Assembly (NCBI GenBank): GCA_028023455.1
Contig: JAQFVV010000001.1
Coordinates: 5,022,001 to 5,086,000 of the forward strand
Reading direction: 5' to 3'
From: Epiperipatus broadwayi
Taxonomy: Eukaryota > Animalia > Onychophora
Length of the DNA: 64,000 bases
Numbering within the stretch: the stretch's first letter is position 1; each line of letters opens with the position of its first letter. Below the pieces are notes generated by a model. It did not search any database. It was given only the letters and a program-made list of their open reading frames with translations, and was not told the origin of the DNA. Both the position numbers and the translations under genes were made by a program. Positions 53,855 to 64,000 of the stretch are shown here, piece by piece.

Positions 53855-53883
<29 letters not shown>
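53835..53883 (+). repeat. (CA)n microsatellite
   Basis: Interrupted acacac run. Confidence 0.95.
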
Positions 53884-53888
<5 letters not shown>

Positions 53889-55167
53889 ATAGTACAAACA
53901 AGAAACTAAAGAAAAATTGATATGTTGATTTTTTTTTTTAAAAAACCTAGTTAATTGTCATTTTGTTTTTCCCTCTACAATTTTATTATTATTTTTTCTA
54001 ATTTAATGCAGATTTGCCAAATCTTTATGATCTGTTTTATTTGTGCACTATATGCATAGTCAGCAAAGTTATTTGATTTCTGTAAAACTTTCAAATAAAA
54101 TAGTGTGTTTTCATCTCATGTCATTGATATTAAAAATTTGTTTTACATGTGATTGCAAATAGGAAGTTTATTTCATCTGCATACATTTCTTTTAAAATTT
54201 TTATTTGCACTATGTTTTTTTTTGTTTGTTTTAAATTTGTGAAAGAATTTTATTAAAATGTTGAATAAAGATGTATTCTGTGATGATTTCCTGTTGCACT
54301 GTGATAGTTCAAAAGTGCTGATAATTAACATATACAGTATTAAGATTTTTTCTAACGTTTTTAAAAATAATAATACAACAAACATTGTTCTATGTAAATT
54401 AATTAATTATTTTTTTTAGACATATTTTTGCATATGTGTATTAAATTTTTAATCCACATTCAATCTTTATTCTTGAAATAATGATTTAAAATTGAGAAAA
54501 ATTTGTTACTGTTGATACATATAGCATATCTCATTCAATTTGCTCCTATATTGCCAATTTTAATATCTGCGATTTTACTTATGCATATTTAAGAAAAAAT
54601 AAAAACTATTAAGTGGAAAAATGAGAAATTAATGAAAAAGGCATTTTCATTTTCTAAGTTTTATTTTTTTAGTTCATAGTGCAACTTCTGAGTGCTATAA
54701 TGACATACCATAAGTAAAAAGCTAATGCAATTTTCTTATTCAAAAGAAAAAGGGAGAAGATAAGATACTTAGCTTTTAGATATTTTTATTTTTCATTAAA
54801 AAGAAAGAGAATAAAAATTGATCTTCTATTTATTGTCAGAAAAAATAAAAAAGATATAGTATTAAATTTGTTTATGCTTTGCATGATTTATTGCAATGGT
54901 GGAGTGATAGATTCTAAAGTTGACAGTCAAAGGGTCTCAACTCAGCTTTCATTTCTGATGCTTGAATTTCAATTAAATTCATGAATAATAAAGTACTTGG
55001 TTGTTTGTATTGTTTATTATAAAACTGCTAATTATGGTAATCTATTTTTTTAGATAGTTTTTGTTGGTGTTTTAATGTGTATTTTTAAAATGAAGTTATG
55101 TAACATTGCATATATATATGTAATAATATTATAAATCGATGTCTGTATTTTTTCAAAGCAATATACA

Positions 55168-55546
55168 GAATCTTATAATTAAATATTAGTAATTACAGTA
55201 ATCAAAAATTTTGAAAAGTAAAAAAATGTAATCCTCACTTAGGAGCGCTTTTGACTATCCTCATAGTCTTTGTCAATTAATACTTTGAAAGGTTAACCTT
55301 CCCATAATTCCATGATCTTAACATTTGCTGCCTGCCTATTGATTAAATCTTGCTTGTATTTATATATTAGCATAACTTCCTTTATTTTCATTTTTTATTA
55401 TCTCTTTCACTTTCAATATTTTTACATTATTATTAGTTGACAAAGACTACGAGGATAGTCAAAAGCACTCCTAAGTGACAATTATATTTTTTGTATTTTT
55501 CAAAATTTTTGATTACTGTATTTACTAATATTTAATTATAAGATTC
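55168..55546. mobile_element. Fold-back element (about 115-bp arms) with fossil hammerhead-like motifs
   Basis: Arms 55168-55282 and 55431-55546 are reverse complements. Each reads outward as TTGACAA-A-GACTA-loop-TAGTC-AAAA-GC(G/A)CTC-CTAAG. Confidence 0.75.
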
Positions 55547-55699
55547 CATATATATATATGTTGTATATTGTGCATGTGTTATTATGGTTCATTATTATCT
55601 GTAAATTTTAATATCAGCATTTAAACTTGAAATCAAATATCATAATGGATAAAAAAACTTAAAATAGAAATTGAATTAAAACAGATAATGGTTAGTAGA

Positions 55700-57490
55700 A
55701 TCTTGTATGCATTGAAGATAACGTGGATTTGAAAAATGATCTCATAATCCTATTAAATCTATTAACGACACTTTTTTATTTAATAGTATAAATAATAACA
55801 ATGATATTTTGAACAAGAATTCAGACAAAAGTTTTTGCCAAGCTACCTACTCATTTAGATTTGGAAAAAAGTGGTCACTCAAATGAAGTTAAAATAGCCG
55901 TTTGACATCTTAAAATCAAGATTGCATATTCTAATTATATAACTGGAGAAATTTTTAACTTACAGTGATGATATGAATTTAGCCTTTCAACTTTGGGAGT
56001 TTTTTTTTTTATATAGAGATATACGGATTCTTGATTTTAAACTACTGTACTTAATCATAAATTTTATATTATTCTAATTTATATAAAAATTAAAAGAGAT
56101 AGAAAGGACCGATAATTATTATGGAAAATAATTGTTATTGAATATAGTGAAGGTACAATCAAATGTTTTATTGAATAGGTTTGTTGCAGTTATAAATATA
56201 AAACATTCAGTGTAGGTTTAGAAAATTAAGAATTATTGTAAACATTTTTGTTGCCAAAAAAAAAAAAAAAAAAAGCAAAATAAATGTCATGAGCATTGTG
56301 ATTTATTTATTGCTTTTATTGATTTGGTCAAAGTATTTGATAAGTTAATCAAAAAAATTTGTAGTAAAATTTAAAGTTTGCTGGTTGTCCACTAAAATTT
56401 ATTCCTACTAGTGTTTTTGAAGTAATTTATAGACAGTTTTTATGAAGCAGGCATGAAGATGTGATATAGATTTGGTAGTGGAGTTTTTGATTTGACTGAT
56501 CAAAAGCATAAGCAAGAATTTCATCTTTTTGCCTTCTAGATCTATAATTTGCTTTGCAATTCAGCAAAAGATCCACAAATGTTCTTAATATATTAAATGC
56601 AATTTATAAAATAAAGACTTTGGTGTAGCAATCTTTTATTAATGAATGATGCAAGAAAATTTTTTTAATACCTTTATTTTGGAATTAATAATGTCGATCA
56701 ATTTAAATGTCTGGATAGATTTATTTTTTTGGATGGACTTGAATATTGAAGAGCACCACAGACTAAGTGCAGATGGTGCATTTAATAAGCTAAAGGATAA
56801 CTTATTTTATCATAGTGATTTAACTATTGCAAGAAAATTAATTATATATAGTGCTGTTTTTGCCCAATTTATTATAAAGACCTTATTGATATGACAATTC
56901 TGTAAGATTCTGGAAATATCTTCTTAAGACTAATCAGTATGTTCTTCAACTTGATGATGCAATTTTAATTAATCTACTACTGCAAATATGTATTATCATT
57001 GGATTAAACATGTGAAATGAATGAATGATAATATTCTTCTTAAAAAAAGTATTATATAGTGATATTGATCACAATTTTTATGGAAATGGCTTATGTTATT
57101 TATGTTATAAAGATTATCTAAAGTCACTCTGAAGAGCCATAAATTGATTACTGTCATCTTAATGATAGAATATAATCAGAGAACTGCAATTAGACAAAAT
57201 GTTGACTTTTTTTTTAATTATTAAAAAAAAAACAAAAAACATTTGTTGCAGAAAAAGTTTATACAAAAATATGCACCAAAAGATGTCAGTTAAATAGGGT
57301 AAAGAGTTAATACTAATAACAATAACATCAACTAACAATAAAGATTAGGATGTGATATATGTTGACAATTTTTTTAATGGACATCAAAAAAACTCATTTT
57401 AACTTACTCTTAATTTTTTCTGTTGCTTTTCATCTGGATATAGAATCACTACTCTCATTTACTAGTATCAGCTAATGATGATGATGACAA
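55700..57490 (+). mobile_element. Decayed RTE-clade LINE
   Basis: LFIAFIDLVKVFD...AGCPLKF near 56300-56400. ORF 56646-56894 has RLSADGAFNKLKD..FY...LTIARKLIIYSAV. IGLNM (cf. WxGHV) near 57000, and a (tga)n tail at about 57478. Confidence 0.75.
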
Positions 57491-57859
57491 CTGCAGAAAG
57501 AATTAAATAGACATTTTTTTGATTTTTTTTTTTTAAATTTCAAAGGAATTAAGTAGGGCAAATGTGTGTAATATTAACTCTGAAGATTTATCATTGGCAA
57601 TATTTGTTGGCATGTTACTGCTTATGTGATAGACAGATATAAACAGGCTAATAACCAACCTACATTAAATAATGTGGTGAATTTATTGGCTTTTATTCCT
57701 TCATACATTTTTTTTCTTCTGATATCTGCTTTTATTATACTGAATTATTGATTGGATTTATTTATTCATTATGTATCTGAGAATGTCTTTTTCTATGAAT
57801 GCACATTTATGATAGATAAATTATAGTTTTACATCCCAGAAGGTGTAAAATTATTAGTC

Positions 57860-58800
57860 AAGGATGCAGTTGATAACAATAGGAAGATGATGCTTAGAAC
57901 CACTGTATTATATATAATTCATTGGTGATCTTTTTATACTGTAACCCTTTTTCAAATGAAAAAAATATTTCATGAATTGGAAGAAAAAATGTCTAATCTT
58001 AAATTAGACATTTTGAAAAATAGAGATGAAGATTCAAATATGGGAAGTAAGACCCAACAAATTCTTATTCTGTCAAAGATGTAGATAACATTTATACAGA
58101 TTTTTAGAATTTTTTTGAATATATATTTAATAAGATTTCAAAATTGTCATCAAAAATTTTAATGCTTGAATTAGAAAATAATTGAAAGATGAAATTGCCT
58201 TGGGTAAATTAGTTATGGAGAAATAACCATAAAAGCATCCAAATGAGGATATAGCAGGGTTGGATTATATTTTGACTAATATAAAATAAGTATTTCAAGA
58301 TTGTATTTGTTTTATAAATTTGAGACAATAAGTGATTATTGATTAAAGAGATGTATTTTAAGGCTATTCTGTTAATATTTGCTGTCTCTAACTTTCAATG
58401 ATACTCTAGTTAATTTAAGCTAGAATTTTGAAATATTAACATTCTTTGAAGATGGCATAGACTTGAATGAAGTCAATAATAAAACAGATATTCTACAAAA
58501 ACAGTTATACAAATAGTAGATACAAAAAGTAATAATTCAGCAATAGATTTGTTGATGAAATAAGGCATTGTTTGCAAACAAAAAGAAATTAATTAAAATA
58601 TATTTTATTTTAAAAAACTAAATTTCTGACATTCTATAAAATGATATAGAAAAAGAATAAATAGTGAATGAGGAAATATGTCTATGAAATAAGAAAATCT
58701 ACAAAAATAAATAAAACTCTCAAAAGATACAAAATTATTTCTTGATATTAAAAGAAAATTTATTTTAGTAATAAAAAGAAAAGCATGAAGAATTTTGCAG
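57860..58800 (+). mobile_element. Decayed LINE fragment (APE endonuclease-like and downstream region)
   Basis: A-rich coding-like bias. gggttggattatattt resembles the APE RLDYI motif. Weak. Confidence 0.35.
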
Positions 58801-58921
58801 ATAATTATGTAGTGATAAGAACATGAAGTACAAGTAGTACTTATCTTTATATTTTAATGGAGCTACTACATTCACTATTTCAAAATTCTTTGATTTATTT
58901 AACCATATTTCAATATATATA

Positions 58922-59213
58922 TAATATTTAAATATGGGTATACTTTATATCTCTGGAATTTAGATGTAATTATAGGGAAATTGAACCCAGATTTCCAAGC
59001 TCCCTTCAGCTATCCAACCTATCTTGTACAACTCATACACATGGCCATACACATGTGAAAATGATCTCCAATATACGTATTTCGTGCTGAACCAGCACTC
59101 GTCAGTTGGTCCAGATTATCATCTTCCACACACATATATAATCAGTGCTCAGTTTATATTAAGATAGTAAATCTTCAAACTTTAATGGATAGGCTTCAGT
59201 CATCTCCACCATC
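58922..59213 (-). mobile_element. Family A copy 4 (best-preserved HHR)
   Basis: Reverse complement of copies 2 and 5. Its 3' tail (58922-58975) is duplicated in inverted orientation at 59213-59265. Confidence 0.9.
59061..59122 (-). ncRNA. Type-I hammerhead ribozyme, all core nucleotides intact
   Basis: Minus strand reads ATAATCT-GGA-CCAA-CTGACGA-GTGCTG-GTT-CAGCAC-GAAA-TACGT-ATA^TTGG-AGAT-CAT. Stem II is a perfect 6 bp, stem I is 4+4 bp with a GGA bulge, and stem III is the palindrome ATACGTAT. Predicted cleavage is between 59072 and 59071. Confidence 0.85.
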
Positions 59214-59344
59214 TATAATTATATCTAAACTCCAGAGATATAAAGTATACCTGTATTTAAATATTACAGATTCAGCCTTTATCCTGCCCCTCCCTCTTCT
59301 TTATATTTAAATGGACATGGTCCTATACATGAGGGATCAGAATG

Positions 59345-59660
59345 GCATCATCAAGAGATTTGCATTCCATCAGCAAGTTTTCAATGGTATGGAAGGCTGA
59401 AGAGTTGGATGGTGGAGTAAATTGAAGTATTTCCATTAAAGTTTGAAGATTTGTTATCTTAATATAAACTGAGCACTGATTATATATATGTGTTGGAGAT
59501 GATGATCTGGACTAACTGATGAGTGCTGGTTCAGTATGAAATATGTATATTGGAGATCATTTATCTTCACATGTGTGGTCATGTGTATCAGTTGTATGAG
59601 ATAGATTGGATAACTGAAAGGAACTTAAAAATCTGAGTTCAAATCCCCTATAATTATATA
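59345..59660 (+). mobile_element. Family A copy 5 with HHR at 59502-59560
   Basis: ATGATCT-GGA-CTAA-CTGATGA-GTGCTG-GTT-CAGTAT-GAAA-TATGT-ATA^TTGG-AGATCAT: 7-bp distal stem I and an intact core, with G-U wobbles in stem II. Confidence 0.88.
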
Positions 59661-61363
59661 TATAGTAAAAAAGAAAAACTTACAAATCAGTAAAAAAAAA
59701 AAAGCAATTTTTTTTATTATTCTACTACTTGGATATTATATCTTTATATTTCATTCACATTGAATTTTATTGAATTTATTATTTGTAAAAAACAATTGCA
59801 TATATACAATATATATTATTTTAATATCACATATAAGTAGAGCATTTTCATCTTATTTTTTATATAAAAACTTAAATTTCTCGTTTTTTGTTTGTCTCAT
59901 TTTTTTTTTTTAAAAGGTAGAAAGTCAACTAAAACAGATGACTATGGGTGTGATATAATTTTTTTTTTTCATTAAAGTTTTATCGGGTACTTTTGATAAT
60001 GACAGAATCTTTTTTATTCATATTAATTTCAATATTAGACCTAATGTGGGATAAAAAATAGGCATGGTCTAATATTTGTATTTTAAATATGTTTTTATCG
60101 ATCTGTCTTTAAAAATTCAAAAGTATAATAAAAACAGATTTGTAAAGAAATGTTTTACATATATCAGTGTTTGTCTAATGTAAGATATTTTTATTTAATT
60201 ATTTTTATCTTAAATTAAAATGTACTGTATACTTTTATCTCTCTTTATATGTGTATTAATATATTTTTATAATAAATATTATTAGTACATAAGTATGTGT
60301 TCTGCTGGAAGTCCATTATGTAATCAATCAAATTAAGTCAGACTATTATTAAATGACATTCCATAATTCATTTTTTATATGGGCTAGGTGTTTAAGCACC
60401 TGAATCTTCTCATCATATCTAATAACCTGGTGTTCTTTATAAATTCTGTCAAATATACTAGGTGTTTTAATGCCTGAATATATTTACAATCATATATATT
60501 TATTTATAATAATAAATATTTTAATGGAAACTACAAACTTACTAGAAACTAATGGAGAATTATATTTTACTTAAGGAATATATATATGCAATAAGCATTA
60601 CACTAGAAGAAAGTAGCAACCAATCAAATTTATTTATAATATTTCTAAATTGTATTCCATAATTATATTAGTTAGTTTTATAATATATATGTGTGCATTT
60701 AATTGTTAATATGTACAAATTTTAAAACTGTTAATTCACAGTAATGATATTTATATAGAAAGTTGTCATATTTGTTGGAAGTATTCAGATGTTTAAAACT
60801 CTAGCTTTGCAAAAAGTATATTTAAGCAGTGAAAGAAGTTAATCTCATATCTTTTTCAATATGTTTACAAGGTTTTGAAATGTAATTTAAAATTATCTCA
60901 AAATACTGAATTAATTTGATAAATTAATATATTTGCTTTTAATATGAAGCCAGTTATTTTATACATATATTTCTAAAGTATGAAATTAATTTTGTTATTT
61001 CTCCTTCATTGGAAGATGTTTTTAGTTTCCATTGAAAGTTTTGATACTATATTGAGATGCCCTGGTCTCTTGGTGCACAATATAGAGTGTGAGTATATAT
61101 TTAAAGTTTAAAAGGAAAAATAGAAATGAACATGGACAAAATTTACATATATAATTATTTAAAATAAAGTCTGGAATGACTGAAATATTAATGAAGTAAT
61201 GATATTTAATATTTTTGAAGTATTACACATTGAAATTTTGTAAAAAGGTCTTATATAATAAAGAATTTTTGATAATTTATTTCAAATTTTGAGAAAAATC
61301 TAAATTGTTAGCATAACAAAAAAAAAAATGTCTAGAACAAAGATTTTTTTTTCATGTATCAAA

Positions 61364-61435
61364 TGCGTTGATTGGGGAGCGAACCCAGGCCAGCTGCTTG
61401 GAAGTCACCTATGCTAACCACTAGGCCACCAATGC
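61364..61435 (-). pseudogene. tRNA-Gly(TCC) retropseudogene or SINE founder-like copy, with A-tail and TSD
   Basis: Minus strand GCATTGGTGGCCTAGTGGTTAGCATAGGTGACTTCCAAGCAGCTGGCCTGGGTTCGCTCCCCAATCAACGCA closely resembles animal tRNA-Gly-TCC but has stem mismatches. It is followed by tttgatacatgaaaaaaaaa, and tagaacaaagattttttt is repeated at 61333 and 61441. Confidence 0.8.
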
Positions 61436-61549
61436 TTGATTAGAACAAAGATTTTTTTTAATAATGCCCATTAATTATTGAAACAGTCAGCTTTGTCAAG
61501 CCTCCTGTTTCAACCTACTATAGTAGTATTTCTATATAAGTATCTATCA

Positions 61550-64000
61550 CCAAATCCTCGTATATCAGGTAATATTATATCCAAATCAGGCTGGATTTAA
61601 ATATAAAGGTATTAGTTATGTATGTGTGCGTATATTTTAAGCCTACAAGATAAAAAGTGTATCCGTATATGTAAAAACCCATATATACACACACATATAT
61701 TTCTAGGAGTAAATTAATGAAAACTGCGTTGTATGTGTAACGAGACTATATATATGCAGGAAAGAATAATGTTAACAGATTTAAAAACATTATAAAATTA
61801 TTTATTTAAAATATTTATTCTAAAGAAAATTAATATTTGAAATTATTGTATATTTCTGCATATATTGCTAAATTAAATAATCAAGTTACATATATAACCA
61901 GATGTTTTTCCATTTAGATTTGTTTTCGAAAAATTGGTATTATGAAAGTCCATTTATAGATTTTTTTTCGAAAAATTGGTATTATAAAATTTAATCTTTC
62001 TCACTGTAGCGTAATCTAATTACCAAACTAAAAAGTAACACTAACCTGTAGGATAAATTATCCTCCGTAATTAAAAAGAAATAGTGAATGACCGGATGTA
62101 AACCTCCACTATAAGAAATAAAAACAAAGTAATTATACGATTCTAAGAATACAGCGAAAAAATTATCAAAACAAAGCTAGAAAATTACTATAACTGAGAA
62201 GAGGGAGGGGGGGGTAAGCTGAATATATAAGCTTCTGCGGCCATTTTGAGAGGATTCGGACATTTTTCATTCAACAACTGATGTTTAAAATTATTAATGA
62301 AAATGAAAATTGAGTAGAAGGCATTTTCTCTTGCCTTTCGGACCCGGGAGTCTACCGATGCGGGAAACATCAATAGGAGAAGCCGTGTGTGATGGAGCAG
62401 TTGCCCGAACTTTCAATATGGAACAAGGTTTCAATATGGAACAAGCGCAAGCAGCAAAAGAGAGCCTGGTAAAGACTTTCCTCTGCTTAAAGTTTAATAA
62501 CTCATCTAAAATTTGATAAATTCCTAAAGCTAGCTAAATTTAAACTCTATGGCCATAGCAATAATGTAATTTTAAATCCACTACTAAATGTAATTTTGAT
62601 TTCTTTATTTTCTTTAAATCCACTACTAAATGTAATTTTGATTTCTTTTGTTTTCACCTTAAAAATCTTGGCTGATTTACATTTGATTTGCATTTACATT
62701 TAATTTATATTTAATTTAATATTTGATTTGGTTTAATAACTAATTTGAGTTGATTTACGTACTCTATGTATTTATTAATTTATGTGTTGGTTTGCTAAGT
62801 TATCTCCGATTGATCTAGTTCAGCGTTTTACAGTTTTCTGACTTATTTAGTTGTGACTTGCTTAAAATGATTGATTTTAAATTAATTATTATAAATTTCA
62901 TTACTTATAATTTTAAACGCTTTATTCTAAATTGTGTCTAATTTTAAATGCTTCATTCTAGAATGATAATTAAGTTTCTAGATTATTTTACGTATTATCA
63001 CTTAATGATATGTGCTTTTACATATTTTAATATAATAATAATAGTTGCCTTAATTAATTCGTGTACACAACTTAAATTTGTCTTGAACTGGGTCAATCAG
63101 ATATAAACGAATTGCGTTGCAATTCCATTTTAAACTATGATAAGACAGAGTCAAATTTTAGAGATCTATTCATTAAACATATTCTTTCTAAGTAAACCTA
63201 TGCCATTTTATGATTTTCCATTGCTTAGTGGTTTGTGCTATAAGTTATTTAAAGCGGGATTTTACTACTGACTAAATGCTTAGTGAGGAGCAGGTACAGC
63301 TTCACATCTAGAGAATAATAAGATGCAAAAGAAACCCATTTTGAAAGGGTTGAAATAGCTTGTTTTAAGAGTTAATTAGAAAGCTTACAGCTGTTTTAAA
63401 ATGGATTCACTTTCGAGATATTTAACTAATGTTTAGTTGGAGTGATTAAAATACAGCATAGAGCTATAACTATATCTTAATGCCCAATAATATGCTACTT
63501 CCTTCCAGAGTTATAAATTACTATATAGATAGCTTTATAAATTAGATTCTTAGTTTTTCCTTAATAGCATAATTATACATGCTACCTAATGAACTGATAT
63601 ACGGTAATTTCATGAAGGAAACTAGTATTTAGCGTCATTAAATTTTAATTATATAATGTGGTCAGCGGTGCGAGTGTGTTTTTAAACGCTACGGTGTATA
63701 TATATATTTGTTGCTGTATTCCTTAATGGTTTGTACGTGGTCGCGCTGCACCATTGCTCTTAGTTCGGGAAATTTTCTTCTTCAAAATGGTAGACGGGTT
63801 CGAACCTCCCCATTCTGCATGCTTAGGAATGGAGCATGAGACTCCCACTCAAATAAATTGCTCGATCAGCCGGACTAAAGATCGTTTATTTACACAGCAA
63901 TGAATACGGTGAAAAGAGAACCGTTACTTGGTAAAATATGCAAGGGCTATATCAGACTTTATATTTTCTATATGCCATGGTATCTGAAGTCTGACTGCTA
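61550..64000. promoter_or_regulatory. CpG-rich island (putative promoter region)
   Basis: Sharp return of CpGs. YY1-like GCGGCCATTTTG at 62237-62248 and CAAAATGG at 63783. Confidence 0.5.
62574..62650 (+). repeat. Tandem duplication of about 41-43 bp
   Basis: taaatccactactaaatgtaattttgatttcttt occurs twice. Confidence 0.9.

Noticed and set aside
1039-62516. Most ORFs in the supplied track as host genes
   Set aside because: They are short, low-complexity (I/K/F/L/N-rich), often start at non-ATG codons and have no recognisable domains. The informative ones are PLE or RTE fragments.
1-64000. CRISPR arrays, rRNA genes or prokaryotic operons
   Set aside because: There are no regularly spaced repeat-spacer units, no rRNA motifs and no dense ORF packing. 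The sequence is eukaryotic in character.

Overview
A very AT-rich, largely non-coding animal (probably invertebrate) genomic window. I found no convincing intact host protein-coding gene, and almost all ORFs in the supplied track are chance ORFs or pieces of decayed retrotransposons. Recognisable content: one decayed Penelope-like element (PLE; RT plus GIY-YIG remnants, 8.7-10 kb), at least four decayed RTE-clade LINEs, tRNA-derived SINEs (several with target-site duplications), several fold-back or inverted-repeat elements, and four CpG-rich islands in an otherwise CpG-depleted background. The main signal is a high density of hammerhead ribozyme (HHR) motifs: roughly a dozen intact or fossil type-I cores in at least four unrelated short repeat families, often as inverted pairs. 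The best case is a family of about 300-370 bp (family A, 5 copies). It carries a canonical type-I HHR followed by a tRNA-like A/B-box module, and one copy appears to start at the predicted self-cleavage site, which suggests a retrozyme-like or PLE-mobilised non-autonomous element. A strongly base-paired GC-rich block of about 290 nt at 11.94-12.23 kb is an unexplained structured-RNA candidate. All folding and homology was judged by eye; no searches were run.
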